From Candidatus Binatia bacterium (GTDB lineage: Bacteria > Desulfobacterota > Binatia > UBA9968 > JAJDTQ01), in assembly GCA_963666515.2 (NCBI GenBank), contig OY762897.2, positions 1,056,001 through 1,120,000 of the forward strand: a stretch of DNA of 64,000 nt, in the 5' to 3' direction. Within the stretch, counting starts at the first letter, position 1. Every line of letters starts with the position of its first letter. A program made the translations under genes and the position numbers. Shown piece after piece: positions 20,943 to 30,693 of the stretch. The notes below the pieces were generated by a model. The model was not told the DNA's origin, searched no databases, and worked only from the letters and a program-made list of their open reading frames with translations.

Positions 20943-21866
20943 GTGGCCGAGAAAGCACAGAACGAAAACATGACCCCAACACAGACCGAAAACATGACAC
21001 AAACAGAAAACCTGGCACTCTATTGCGACTTCGAGAACATCGCCATCGGCGTGCGCGACGCGCGCTACGCCGACTTCGACATGCGGAAGGTCCTGGACCG
21101 GCTGCTGGTCAAGGGCAAGATCGTGGTCAAGAAGGCGTACTCCGACTGGGAACGCTACCGCGAGTACAAGCCCGCCATGCACGAGGCGTCCTTCGAGCTG
21201 ATCGAGATTCCCCACGTGCGCCAGTCGGGCAAGAACTCGGCCGACATCCGCATGGTGGTGGACGCGCTGGACCTCTGCTACACGAAGTCCCACGTGGACA
21301 CCTTCGTGATCATCAGCGGCGACTCCGATTTCTCCGCGCTGGTGAGCAAGCTGCGCGAGAACAACAAGGTGGTCATCGGCGTGGGGGTGAAGAACTCCAC
21401 CTCCGACCTCCTCATCGCCAACTGCGACGAGTTCATCTACTACGACGACTTGGTGCGGGACTCCAAGCGCCGTAGCGGGGCCAAGCGCACGAAGTCCACG
21501 GGACGCAGCCCGCGCAAGACGGCCGCAGCGCCGGCGGAGGAAAAGGAGAAGGAGGCCAAGGAGGAGAAGGAGGCCAAGGAGGAGAAGGAGGCCAAGGAGG
21601 AGAAGAAGGAGGCGCAGGAGGCCCTGGACCTGGTGGTCGAGACCGTCACCCACCTCTTCGACGAGCGTGGCGAGAAGGACAACATCTGGGGCTCCATGGT
21701 CAAGCAGGCGCTGAAGCGGCGCAAGCCCGGCTTCAACGAGCGCTACCACGGCTTCCGCTCCTTCGGCCGGCTGCTGGAGGAAGCGCAGTTCCAGCGGCTG
21801 CTGGACCTGGAGGCGGACGAGAAGTCCGGCGATTACCTGATCAAGGGGCTCGTCCAGGAAGACTGA
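20943..21866 (+). CDS. NYN-domain protein with C-terminal LOTUS/OST-HTH
   Basis: DFEN, GKNSADI, SGDSDF, CDEFIYY; GFNERYHGFRSFGRLLE. Confidence 0.9.
   Translation: MAEKAQNENMTPTQTENMTQTENLALYCDFENIAIGVRDARYADFDMRKVLDRLLVKGKIVVKKAYSDWERYREYKPAMHEASFELIEIPHVRQSGKNSADIRMVVDALDLCYTKSHVDTFVIISGDSDFSALVSKLRENNKVVIGVGVKNSTSDLLIANCDEFIYYDDLVRDSKRRSGAKRTKSTGRSPRKTAAAPAEEKEKEAKEEKEAKEEKEAKEEKKEAQEALDLVVETVTHLFDERGEKDNIWGSMVKQALKRRKPGFNERYHGFRSFGRLLEEAQFQRLLDLEADEKSGDYLIKGLVQED
21545..21605 (+). repeat. 18-bp coding tandem repeat (about 3.4 copies)
   Basis: GGAGAAGGAGGCCAAGGA x3 plus partial copy, encoding EKEAKE. Confidence 0.9.
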
Positions 21867-21906
21867 CGGATGCGCCGGCGGGCCTCCCTCCCGATGAGAA
21901 CCATTC

Positions 21907-23415
21907 GTGGGCAAACCCCTCACTCGGCAAGCCCGCGCTCGTGAAATCCGGGTGCTGAGCGTTCTGTCCGCGGGCACCTTCCTGTTCTTCAACAGCTACG
22001 GCAGCATCAACGTCGCCATCCCCATGATCCAGGCCGAGTTCGGCAGCAGCCTCTCGGCCGTCCAGTGGATCGCCACCATGGGGCTCGTGCTGTCCGCCAG
22101 TGTGGCGCTGTGCCTGGGACGGGCCGGCGACATCCTGGGCAGGAACCGCCTCTACAAGCTGGGGGTTACGCTCTACGGCGCCGGCGCGGCGCTGGCCGCG
22201 GCCTCGCAGACCTTCGCGCAACTGGTGGTTTGCCGGGTGGTGATGACCGTGGGCCTCGCCATGGCCATGCCCATGTCCACGGCCATCACGGCCGCGGCCT
22301 CGCATCCGGAACGGACCGGGCGGAGCCTGGGCATCCTGCTTTCGGCCGCGGGCGTGGGGCGGGCCACCGGACCGGCCCTGGGCGGTTTTTTCATCCACCT
22401 GGCGGGTTGGCGCGCGGTGTTCCTCGCCAACGCCGTGATCGGCTTGGCCGTAAGCGTCGCGGTCTGGCAGATGCTCCGGGGCGGAGAACGCCGCAGCGGC
22501 GAGTCCTTCGACTACCCCGGCGCCGCAGCGCTGATCCTGGGCTATCCGTCGATCCTGGTGGGCCTGAGCCTGGGCGCCAACAGCGGCTGGAGCTCTCCGT
22601 TGGTGCCCTGGTGGTTCCTGCTCGGCGGCGCCGGCATGGCGGCCTTCGTGCTGCGGCAGTGGCGCGCACGGCGGCCCTTGATACCGTTGCGGCTCATGAC
22701 GGATATTCCTCTAGTGCTCGCGTTCCTGACTATGGTGCTGTTCTCCGCGGCTTACTTCCCGATCTTCATGCTGTCCCCGTTGTACATGAACAACGTCTTG
22801 GAACTGGCGCCGCTTCAGCTCGGGCTCATCCTCACGACGCTGCCGGTGGTGGCCGCACTCTGCTCGCCCGTGAGCGGCCGTCTGTCGGATCGTGTGGAAA
22901 CCTGGATCCCGGTGGCGGCGGGACTCGCCGCAGGCGCAATCGGGATTGCGATCTACGCCGGCCTGAAGGACGGATCGAGTCCGGTCACCGTGCTGCTGGC
23001 GCTCGCACTGGTGGGAATCGGCGTGGGCGTCTTCCTGCCCGCCCATCAGAAGATCGTGTTCACGCTGGCTCCCCGCGAACACTACGGCCTCGCCGGCGGG
23101 TTGCTGTCGGCGTGCGGGCCGGGGGCGGGCGCCTTGGGCATCGGGCTGGCGGTATCCCTGATGGAGGGTACAGCCCCGGTCGATGCGGCTGGGTTCGTAG
23201 CGGCGCAACGGGTCGCCATGTTCACGCTGTTGCCGCTGCCCTTCCTTGCGCTCGGTCTCGTTATCATCGGGCGTTTGCGTGGGAGGGAGAAGACGCCCGC
23301 CACGCCCGCATCCACACCTGCCACGTCCCGGTCATTGCGGACGCCAAGTTCCCGTCATTCCGGGCTTGACCCGGAATCCAGGCCGCCCGCGCCCCGAACT
23401 ACCGGTAGGGAATGA
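21907..23415 (+). CDS. MFS transporter (EmrB/QacA-like)
   Basis: GRAGDILGR, GPALGG, WRAVFLAN, FDYPG; tail contains a REP-like insert. Confidence 0.88.
   Translation: MGKPLTRQARAREIRVLSVLSAGTFLFFNSYGSINVAIPMIQAEFGSSLSAVQWIATMGLVLSASVALCLGRAGDILGRNRLYKLGVTLYGAGAALAAASQTFAQLVVCRVVMTVGLAMAMPMSTAITAAASHPERTGRSLGILLSAAGVGRATGPALGGFFIHLAGWRAVFLANAVIGLAVSVAVWQMLRGGERRSGESFDYPGAAALILGYPSILVGLSLGANSGWSSPLVPWWFLLGGAGMAAFVLRQWRARRPLIPLRLMTDIPLVLAFLTMVLFSAAYFPIFMLSPLYMNNVLELAPLQLGLILTTLPVVAALCSPVSGRLSDRVETWIPVAAGLAAGAIGIAIYAGLKDGSSPVTVLLALALVGIGVGVFLPAHQKIVFTLAPREHYGLAGGLLSACGPGAGALGIGLAVSLMEGTAPVDAAGFVAAQRVAMFTLLPLPFLALGLVIIGRLRGREKTPATPASTPATSRSLRTPSSRHSGLDPESRPPAPRTTGRE
23353..23383. repeat. REP-like palindromic element, copy 1
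   Basis: CGTCATTCCGGGCTTGACCCGGAATCCAGGC, identical to 58400-58430. Confidence 0.85.
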
Positions 23416-24566
23416 TGCGCAACCTGCTCTATTCGTTGTCCGCCGTCTGCATGGCCTCGGGCGCCATCGGGGCCTCCATGCTGGCGCCGTTCTACATGGA
23501 CGCCAAGGGATTCCCGCTGGCGGTGGTGGGTATGCCGCTCCTGGTCAACGGCGTCGGCGCGCTGTGCTCGGATGTGGTGTCCGGCACGCTGGCGTCGTAT
23601 TTCCGGTCGAGCTTCCTGCTGCTGGCGTCAATGGTCATCGCCGTGGTCACGGCGCTTCTGGGTTTCGCCTTCCGGGACAGCCTGACCGTGTTCCTGGTGG
23701 CCTTCACCATCCTTGGCCTCACCGAAGCCATGTTCAGCCTCGCCATCCGGCGCATCGTGTTCGTGCAGTCCGCGCCGGAAGAGCAGGGAAAGGCGCAAGG
23801 GCAGGTGGCCGCCGCCCTGGGGCTCGGCTTCGCCCTGGGTCCCACCATGGGCGGGTTCGTTGGCGAGTGGTGGGGGCTCGACAAGCTGTTCCTGCTGGTG
23901 GCAGTCCCGCAGAGCATCGGTCTGGTCTTCATCCTGCTGGCCCGGGGGCACCGCACCGAGAAGCCGGTGGAGCGCAGCTCGCTGCCGCTGTGGCGGGTGG
24001 GCACGGGGCTGATGAGCCGGCCCGGCTTTCTCGGCGCCTGGCTGGCCATCTTCCAGTCGTTCCTCTGCCTCATCGGCGTGACCCGCATCGCCTTCCCGTT
24101 CCTGGCGGTGCGCCGGGGCCTGACCCTCGACATCATCGGCACCATGGTCAGCATCTCGCGCCTGACCGACACCGCCGGCAGGCTGGGCGGCGGCTGGCTC
24201 TCCGACCGAATCGGCACCCGCGCGGTGATCCTCCTGGGAGTCTTCGTCACCGTCCCCGCCTTCGTCCTCCAGATCTTCGGCCAGAGCTACATCGCGCTGC
24301 TCCTTCCCCTGTGCCTCATGACCGCCGGCTTCGGCCTCTCCAACGTGGGCTCCACCACCCTGGCCCTGCAACTCGCCGACGACTCCAGCAAGGGCGTCGC
24401 CCTGGGACTCATCCGCGGCGGCAGCTCCATGGGCCGCACCTTCGGCCCCCTCTTGGCGGGCATCCTCGTGGCCGACCTGGGCTTCCACTGGGGATTCGTG
24501 GCGCTGGGTGTGATCTCGTTCGTTATCGGCGGGGGCGTCGCGGGGCTGTTCCGGCGGCAACCCTAG
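23412..24566 (+). CDS. MFS transporter
   Basis: About 12 hydrophobic segments, GWLSDRIGTR, GPTMGG. Confidence 0.88.
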   Translation: MMRNLLYSLSAVCMASGAIGASMLAPFYMDAKGFPLAVVGMPLLVNGVGALCSDVVSGTLASYFRSSFLLLASMVIAVVTALLGFAFRDSLTVFLVAFTILGLTEAMFSLAIRRIVFVQSAPEEQGKAQGQVAAALGLGFALGPTMGGFVGEWWGLDKLFLLVAVPQSIGLVFILLARGHRTEKPVERSSLPLWRVGTGLMSRPGFLGAWLAIFQSFLCLIGVTRIAFPFLAVRRGLTLDIIGTMVSISRLTDTAGRLGGGWLSDRIGTRAVILLGVFVTVPAFVLQIFGQSYIALLLPLCLMTAGFGLSNVGSTTLALQLADDSSKGVALGLIRGGSSMGRTFGPLLAGILVADLGFHWGFVALGVISFVIGGGVAGLFRRQP

Positions 24567-24707
24567 CCGTCTGGACAAGCGACTCATTGTGACATCCCTA
24601 CAAGACGGAGCCGAAGCGGTGACTCCTATTGACAGTCGCTGAGATTTTTCTAACAGTTGCTCTTGGCAACAGTACTGGCGTGGTCAAATGGGGAAGGAGG
24701 TCCAGGG

Positions 24708-24899
24708 GTGCAGACTGCAAAGGAGTCCGCTCGTCAGGCCATCGACCGGCTGTCGGATCAGGCGACCTGGGAAGACATCATGTATGAACTATATGTGAAG
24801 CAGAAAGTCGACGCAGGAATTGAGGCGGTCGCAGAAGGTCGTACGATCCCTCACGAGGAAATGAAACGGCGGTTGCTCGCCAAGAAGCGCCACGTATGA
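24708..24899 (+). CDS. Small antitoxin (protein identical to 35018-35209)
   Basis: GTG after GGAGG; VQTAKESARQ...GRTIPHEEMKRR. Confidence 0.75.
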   Translation: MQTAKESARQAIDRLSDQATWEDIMYELYVKQKVDAGIEAVAEGRTIPHEEMKRRLLAKKRHV

Positions 24900-25052
24900 A
24901 GCTCTTTGGTCGGATGTCGCCGAGGCCGATCTCGACAATATCTACGACCACATTGCGCGCGACGTGCCCTACTACGCCGAACTGTTCATAGATCGACTCA
25001 TTGAAGCCACAGACAAGCTCCAAGACCATCCAAGAATCGGACGGCAGGTGCC
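24896..25052 (+). pseudogene. RelE/ParE toxin pseudogene
   Basis: One T missing at 24905-24907 relative to the intact copy at 35206; truncated after CAGGTGCC. Confidence 0.9.
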
Positions 25053-25097
25053 ATGCACCGCAAACACCCGCGCCGGTGCTGACGGCGCCGAGAATCC

Positions 25098-25385
25098 CTA
25101 CGCTGCAATGATGGACTCCACTCTTAGCTCTTTCCTGCGCTGCTCGGCGTGCCACAAGTCATAATTGGACTGCATGTTCATCCACAGCTCGGAGCTGGTT
25201 CCCAAGGCTATAGAGAGCCTTACCGCCATCTCGGGACTGATCCCGGTGTGCTCGTTGACGATCTCGGAAAGCGCCTTCCGGGAAACGCCGAGGTGCTTGG
25301 CAGTCTGGGTAATGGAGATACCCAAAGGCGAAATCCACTGTCTCAACAGTACACCGCCGGGATGAGGCGGGTTGTGCATTCTCAT
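25098..25385 (-). CDS. higA: HigA antitoxin (XRE HTH)
   Basis: [41 protein letters not shown]. Confidence 0.93.
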   Translation of the reverse strand: MRMHNPPHPGGVLLRQWISPLGISITQTAKHLGVSRKALSEIVNEHTGISPEMAVRLSIALGTSSELWMNMQSNYDLWHAEQRRKELRVESIIAA

Positions 25386-25485
25386 GATTGTCTCCTAATT
25401 TGTATCCAATCTGGTGTAGATGGAACCAGGGGCCGATCGACAAGCGCTTGTTTGTCGTCTTGTTGAGAAGTTCACAGGTCTGGGA

Positions 25486-25764
25486 CTAATGGTGATCCAC
25501 GTAATCCACTGCTTCGGCGTGCCCGCCAACGAAACGAAAGTCTACACTCCAGTTCTTGGCGACATACACTGACCAGATATTGGCGCCACGAGGCTCCAGA
25601 GGATGCAAACGGAAACTGGGTGCACCCATGTCCCTGGGAGATGTAGCGGCGTCCAGAGCGGCCAAGACATCCCTCAAGTGGTTGGCGTGCCTGGGTTGTA
25701 TACCCTTCTTGCTCCCGGTCTCGAAGAACGTCTGTAACCCTTTATGTTTGAAGCCTTTTATCAC
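25486..25764 (-). CDS. higB: HigB toxin (RelE-like)
   Basis: IKGFKHKGL...FRLHPL...WSVYVAKNW...VDYVDHH; toxin-first order. Confidence 0.9.
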   Translation of the reverse strand: MIKGFKHKGLQTFFETGSKKGIQPRHANHLRDVLAALDAATSPRDMGAPSFRLHPLEPRGANIWSVYVAKNWSVDFRFVGGHAEAVDYVDHH

Positions 25765-25786
25765 GTGGCAGAGTATCACATATCAC

Positions 25787-25798
25787 GTAACGGGTTAC
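25787..25798. promoter_or_regulatory. Candidate HigA operator
   Basis: GTAAC-gg-GTTAC palindrome upstream of higB. Confidence 0.45.
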
Positions 25799-25819
25799 AA
25801 CACCTGACAAGAAACTTGG

Positions 25820-25917
25820 CTCAAGGCACTGGAGCGGGAGAACCGAGAGCCTCGAAGGATGAAGACAACCAGGGGAGCGAAAGAACTTCCCGTCTCCGAT
25901 AAACCCGGCGCGGTTCA
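25820..25917 (+). mobile_element. IS3-family (IS51/IS629-like) remnant: OrfA fragment plus right terminal IR
   Basis: LKALERENRE at 25820-25849; GTCTCCGATAAACCCGGCGCGGTTCA at 25892-25917 (reverse complement TGAACCGCGCCGGGTTTATCGGAGAC). Confidence 0.75.
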
Positions 25918-26005
25918 CATTGAGAAATGCCTCCAGACGTTGTAGGTTCCAGGTTCCGGTAACAAAGCGCTTCATGCCTCCAGGAAACGATTGAGTCCAC
26001 GAACC

Positions 26006-26854
26006 ATGCGCAACTTCGATCTCCTTGAACCCAAGACCGTCGCCGAAGCCTGCCGGATGCTCGGCGCGGGTGGCGACGACGACGTCCGGCCCGTCAGCGG
26101 CGGGACGGCGTTGCTCATTCTCGTGAAGCAGGGGCTTCTTCGACCCCGCGCCCTGGTGAACCTCAAGAAGTTGGAGGGCGCCAGCGCCATCACACGGGAC
26201 GACGCCGGGGCCGTCCGCATCGAGGCCATGGCGACCATCCACGAGGTGGAGACCTCGCCGGTGGTGCGGGAGCATCTGCCGGTGCTGGCGGCGGCCTGTC
26301 ATCAAGTGGCGAACATCCGTATCCGCCACTTGGCGACCATCGGCGGAAACTTGGCCCACGGAGACCACCAGTCGGACCCGCCGGGGGTGCTGGTGGCGCT
26401 GGACGCGGAGGTGGAGTTGAGCGGCGCCGGCGGCACGCGCACGCTCAAGCTCGCCGACTTCCTCTTGGGCACCTACGAGACGGCGCTGGAGCCGGGCGAG
26501 ATGGTCACCGCGGTGACAGTGCCGCCGGTGCAGGGGCGGCTGGTGGGGGACTACCTCAAATTTACCACCGGCTCGTCGGAGGAACGGCCATGCGCGGGCA
26601 TCACCGCGCTGGTGCGGCTGGAGGGGGACCGTCCGGTGGAGGCGCGGCTTGCGGTGGGGGCGGTGGCGGCTCGGCCGCTGCTGCTGTGCGAAGCCGGTCC
26701 GACCGAAGCGGCCCTGGAGTCGATGGCCGATCGGGCCGCAGACGACATCGATCCCATTCCCGACCTGCGCGGCTCCGCGGACTACAAACGCCACTTGGTG
26801 AGGGTGCTGGGCCGCCGGGCGCTGACTGCGGCGTGGAAGGAGGCGTGCCCGTGA
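26006..26854 (+). CDS. Molybdenum hydroxylase FAD subunit (CoxM/XdhB-like)
   Basis: SGGTAL, IRHLATIGGNL, DLRGSADYK. Confidence 0.92.
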   Translation: MRNFDLLEPKTVAEACRMLGAGGDDDVRPVSGGTALLILVKQGLLRPRALVNLKKLEGASAITRDDAGAVRIEAMATIHEVETSPVVREHLPVLAAACHQVANIRIRHLATIGGNLAHGDHQSDPPGVLVALDAEVELSGAGGTRTLKLADFLLGTYETALEPGEMVTAVTVPPVQGRLVGDYLKFTTGSSEERPCAGITALVRLEGDRPVEARLAVGAVAARPLLLCEAGPTEAALESMADRAADDIDPIPDLRGSADYKRHLVRVLGRRALTAAWKEACP

Positions 26855-29187
26855 GCGCGGTGGGCAGCGACACCCCGCGGGTGGACGGCAACGCCAAGGT
26901 TTCCGGCGCCGCGCAGTACACCGCCGACATCGATCTGCCGGGGATGCTTCACGCCAAGGCGCTACGCAGCCCGCATCCACACGCGAAGCTCGTCAGCATC
27001 GACGTGAGCAAGGCCGCGGCGTTGCCGGGCGTCATCGCAGTGGTGACCCGCGACGACCTCAACGGCCTGAACCCGTACTACGGCGCGGTGGTGGAGGACC
27101 AGCCGGTGCTGGCCATGGACCGGGTGCGCTGCGTCGGCGACATCGTCGCCGCGGTGGCGGCGGAGGAACGGGAGATCGCGGAGGAAGCGGTGGAACTGAT
27201 CGAGGTGGAGTACAAGCCTCTCCCCGCGGTCTTCGACGTGGTGGAGGCCGCGCAAACGGGCGCGCCCATCATCCACGAGAAGCGTTTCGAGACCCAGGCG
27301 GCCATTTTCCGGGAGCAACTCAACCTGAACGCCGGCGGCAACGTCTGCAGCGTGTTCCGGGCCGGAGACGGCGACGTGGACGCGGGTTTCGCCGAGGCCG
27401 ACGAGGTCTTCGAGAACACCTACCGAATGCCGCCGGTGCAGCATGGCCACATCGAGCCCCACGTGGCCGCAGCGGTGTGGGAATCCCCCAACCGGCTGGT
27501 GGTGCACACGCCGTGCCAGAACGCCGTGGGGCTCCAGGAGCAGTTGGCGCGCATCTTCAACCTGCCCGAGAGCGGCGTGCGGGTGGTGGTGCCGCACGTG
27601 GGCGGCGGCTACGGCGGCAAGACCCATGCCCGCCTGGAGCCGGTGACGGCGCTCCTGGCCCGCAAGGCCGGACGCCCGGTCCAGTGGGTGCTCACCCGCG
27701 AGGAGGTGTTCCTCACCGGCCGCCGCTACGGCGCGTTCGTGCGGATGAAGACCGGCTTCAAGCGCGACGGCAGCCTGGTGGCGCGGGAGGTGGAGGTCTT
27801 CTACGACCTCGGCGCCTACGCCCTGTCCGGGCCGGCCAACGCCAAGACCGGCTCCTATGTTGCCAGCGGGCCGTACCGGGTGCCCAACCGGCGGCTGACC
27901 ACGTACGCCGTGTACACGAACCTGCCGCCCGCCGGCCCCTACCGCGGCGTGGGCGTCCCGCACGTGGCCTGGGCCTACGAATCCGAGATGGACCGCATCG
28001 CGCGGCATCTCGGCATGGACCCGGTGGAACTCAGGCTCAAGAACTTGCTGCAGGAAGGGGACGTTTTCGTCACCGGCGAGTCGCTGGTGTCGGTGGGCAT
28101 CTCGGACTGCCTCCGGCAGGTGGCCTCGGGTATCGGCTGGCGCGGTCGGGAAGAGCAGGGCAACGGCGCCTCTGAAGGGTCGCTCCGGCGCGGCAAGGGC
28201 GTGGCGGTGATCATGAAGAGCACCACCACGCCTACGGCCTCGGCCGCCAGCGTGCGGCTCAACGGCGACGGCTCGGTGATGCTGCTGACCAGCAGCACCG
28301 AGATGGGCCAAGGGGTGCGCACCTGCCTGGCGCAGATCGTCGCCGAACGCCTCGGCTTTCCGGTGGAGCGGGTGACCGTGTCCGCACCGGACACCGACGT
28401 GACGCCCTACGACAAGTCCACCAGTTCCAGCCGCACAACCTTCCACATGGGCAACGCCGCGCTGCGGGCGGCCGAGGAAGTGCGCGAGCAGCTTCTGGAG
28501 GCGGGCGCCCAGGCGCTGGAGGTGGACAAGGCGGACATGGAACTGGGCGCCGGCGGAGTGCGGGTCAAGGGCGTGCCCGACCGCAGCCTGACGATCCCGC
28601 AACTGCTGCGGGTGAAGTACGGCGATTCGGTGGGCAGCATCTTCGGGAGCTGCAACTTCCAGGTCAAAGGCGGGCTCGACCCCAGGACCGGCAAGGGCAA
28701 GGCCGCGGCCTTCTGGTTCTTCTCGGCCTGCGGCGCCGAGGTGGAGGTGGACGTGGAGACCGGCAAGGTGCGCGTGGTCAACGTGGCCACCTCGGTGGAC
28801 GTGGGCAAGGCCATCAACCCGCTCCAGTGCGGGCTCCAGAACGAAGGTTCCATGCTGGAAGCGCTGGGGGCGGCGTTCTTCGAGGAGATGGTGTTCGAGC
28901 AGGGCCAGCCCGTGAACGGCACCCTGCTGGAGTACATGCTGCCCTCCATGGAGGACCACCCCGAGCGGTTCCAGTCGCTGCTGGTGGAGACCCCGCATCC
29001 GGACGGCCCGTTCGGCGCCAAGGGGGTGGGGGAAGCGGTCATCCCCGCGGTGGTGCCCGCCATCGGCAACGCTGTGGCCAACGCCCTGGGCGGGATCAAC
29101 ATCACCGAATTGCCGCTCCGGCCGGAGCGGGTGGTGGCGGCGCTGGCCGAGCGCGAAGCCGGCGTAACCGGAGAGCAGCAGCCATGA
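26851..29187 (+). CDS. Molybdenum hydroxylase large subunit (xanthine dehydrogenase family)
   Basis: RSPHPHA, VGGGYGGK, GPYRGVG, EMGQG, GAKGVGE. Confidence 0.93.
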   Translation: MSAVGSDTPRVDGNAKVSGAAQYTADIDLPGMLHAKALRSPHPHAKLVSIDVSKAAALPGVIAVVTRDDLNGLNPYYGAVVEDQPVLAMDRVRCVGDIVAAVAAEEREIAEEAVELIEVEYKPLPAVFDVVEAAQTGAPIIHEKRFETQAAIFREQLNLNAGGNVCSVFRAGDGDVDAGFAEADEVFENTYRMPPVQHGHIEPHVAAAVWESPNRLVVHTPCQNAVGLQEQLARIFNLPESGVRVVVPHVGGGYGGKTHARLEPVTALLARKAGRPVQWVLTREEVFLTGRRYGAFVRMKTGFKRDGSLVAREVEVFYDLGAYALSGPANAKTGSYVASGPYRVPNRRLTTYAVYTNLPPAGPYRGVGVPHVAWAYESEMDRIARHLGMDPVELRLKNLLQEGDVFVTGESLVSVGISDCLRQVASGIGWRGREEQGNGASEGSLRRGKGVAVIMKSTTTPTASAASVRLNGDGSVMLLTSSTEMGQGVRTCLAQIVAERLGFPVERVTVSAPDTDVTPYDKSTSSSRTTFHMGNAALRAAEEVREQLLEAGAQALEVDKADMELGAGGVRVKGVPDRSLTIPQLLRVKYGDSVGSIFGSCNFQVKGGLDPRTGKGKAAAFWFFSACGAEVEVDVETGKVRVVNVATSVDVGKAINPLQCGLQNEGSMLEALGAAFFEEMVFEQGQPVNGTLLEYMLPSMEDHPERFQSLLVETPHPDGPFGAKGVGEAVIPAVVPAIGNAVANALGGINITELPLRPERVVAALAEREAGVTGEQQP

Positions 29188-29654
29188 GACATCTCATCAC
29201 CGCCAACGTGAACGGACGCGAGCGCGAGCTTTCGGTCAAGTCCAATCAGACCTTGCTGGAGGTGCTGCGCGACGACCTCCGGCTCAAGGGCACCCGGGAG
29301 GGGTGCAGCGTGGGCGTCTGTGGCTCCTGCACGGTGCTGGTGGACGGCAAGCCCGTCAGTTCGTGCCTGATGCTGGCCAGCAACGCCGAGGGCCGGGAGG
29401 TGCTGACCATCGAGGGGCTTGGCGCCGGCAACCTCGACCCGGTGCAGCAGGCGTTCCTGGACCACCAGGCGTTCCAGTGCGGCTTCTGCACCCCGGGCAT
29501 GATCATGGCGGTCAAGGGGCTTCTCAACGAGAACCCCAAGCCTGACGAAGCCGAGGTGCGCGACTACCTGTCGGGCAACATCTGCCGTTGCGGCACCTAC
29601 GTGGAGGTGATGGCCGCGGTCGAGGACCTGACCCGGAGGAACGACAATGGCTGA
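29184..29654 (+). CDS. Molybdenum hydroxylase 2Fe-2S subunit (CoxS-like)
   Basis: GCSVGVCGSCTV, QCGFCTPG, GNICRCG. Confidence 0.94.
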   Translation: MRHLITANVNGRERELSVKSNQTLLEVLRDDLRLKGTREGCSVGVCGSCTVLVDGKPVSSCLMLASNAEGREVLTIEGLGAGNLDPVQQAFLDHQAFQCGFCTPGMIMAVKGLLNENPKPDEAEVRDYLSGNICRCGTYVEVMAAVEDLTRRNDNG

Positions 29655-30693
29655 ACGGATACTGGCCGGAACGCAGGAAGGCTTGCAAATCTGGCGCGGC
29701 AACGGAAGCGCCTGGGAGGAGTTGGACGTGCATCTTCCTCCCGGCACGGTGGACGCCATCGACGGCCCTGCGCAACGGCCCGGGACCGTGTACGCCAGCG
29801 TGGCAGGCGAGGGTCTCTGCCGCAGCGACGACGGCGGGCAACGCTGGCGCACCGTCTTCTCCGGCAATGTCCGCGCCGTGACCGTGGACCCCACGGACGC
29901 CGACGTGGTCTACGTGGGCACCGAGCCCATCCACCTTCATCGGAGCGAGGACGGAGGCGAGAGCTGGGAAGATCTGGACGCCCTTCAGGAGCTGCCCTCC
30001 GAAGTGCGCGCCAAGTGGACCTATCCCCGCCCGCCGCACCGGGAGCACGTCCGGCACATCTTCGTCTCGCCCGACGACCCCCGCATGATCTACGTCTGCC
30101 TGGAGCACGGCGGCATCGTGCGCACTTTCGACCGCGGCGCCTCCTTCGAGGACGTCAGCAGCGGCATCGACTACCTCGACATCCATCACATCAGCACCAC
30201 GCCAGCGGGGGCGGGGCCCATGTTCGTGGCCACGGCCAGGGGCTTCTTCCGTAGCGACGAACCGGGCGCGGGCTGGCAGCGGGCGGAATACGGCATGACC
30301 CGGGACTACTTCCACGACTTCGTCTTCCTGCCGGGAGACCCGCCCGCGATGCTGGTGGCCACCGCGGACAAGTCGCCCGGCTACTGGGACCGTCCCGAGA
30401 AGGCCCAGGGGGCGGTCTTTCGCAGCCGCGACCTGGGCTCCAACTGGGAGCGGGTGGGCGTGGGCCGGGGTCTGCCCGATCACATGCTGCAGATGGTCTG
30501 GGCGCTGGCCCAGCACCCCGCGGAGCCGGAACGGGTCTACGCCGGACTCGGCGCGGTCTCGCGCGGGCGTTCCAGCGACGCGAGCCAGAAAGGGAAGGGC
30601 GACATCCTGGTCTCCGAGGACGAGGGCGAGTCCTGGGAGCGCCTGCCGCTCGACCTTCCGGCCGACCGGGTGCTTCTGGTGCGGCCGGAGTGA
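29647..30693 (+). CDS. BNR/Asp-box beta-propeller protein
   Basis: Repeated Asp-boxes: RSDDGGQRW, RSEDGGESW, RSRDLGSNW, SEDEGESW. Confidence 0.88.
   Translation: MAERILAGTQEGLQIWRGNGSAWEELDVHLPPGTVDAIDGPAQRPGTVYASVAGEGLCRSDDGGQRWRTVFSGNVRAVTVDPTDADVVYVGTEPIHLHRSEDGGESWEDLDALQELPSEVRAKWTYPRPPHREHVRHIFVSPDDPRMIYVCLEHGGIVRTFDRGASFEDVSSGIDYLDIHHISTTPAGAGPMFVATARGFFRSDEPGAGWQRAEYGMTRDYFHDFVFLPGDPPAMLVATADKSPGYWDRPEKAQGAVFRSRDLGSNWERVGVGRGLPDHMLQMVWALAQHPAEPERVYAGLGAVSRGRSSDASQKGKGDILVSEDEGESWERLPLDLPADRVLLVRPE

Larger units (their letters stand above)
24604..25052 (+). repeat. About 450-bp duplication of 34914-35363
   Basis: Near-identical promoter, antitoxin and toxin 5' half. Confidence 0.95.

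Noticed and set aside
25386-25485. Second higB remnant (PWFHLHQ) in the higB-higA spacer
   Set aside because: Similarity limited to a few codons
26851-29187. Aerobic CO dehydrogenase (form I CoxL)
   Set aside because: Active-site loop is PYRGVG, not AYxCSFR; gene order is M-L-S
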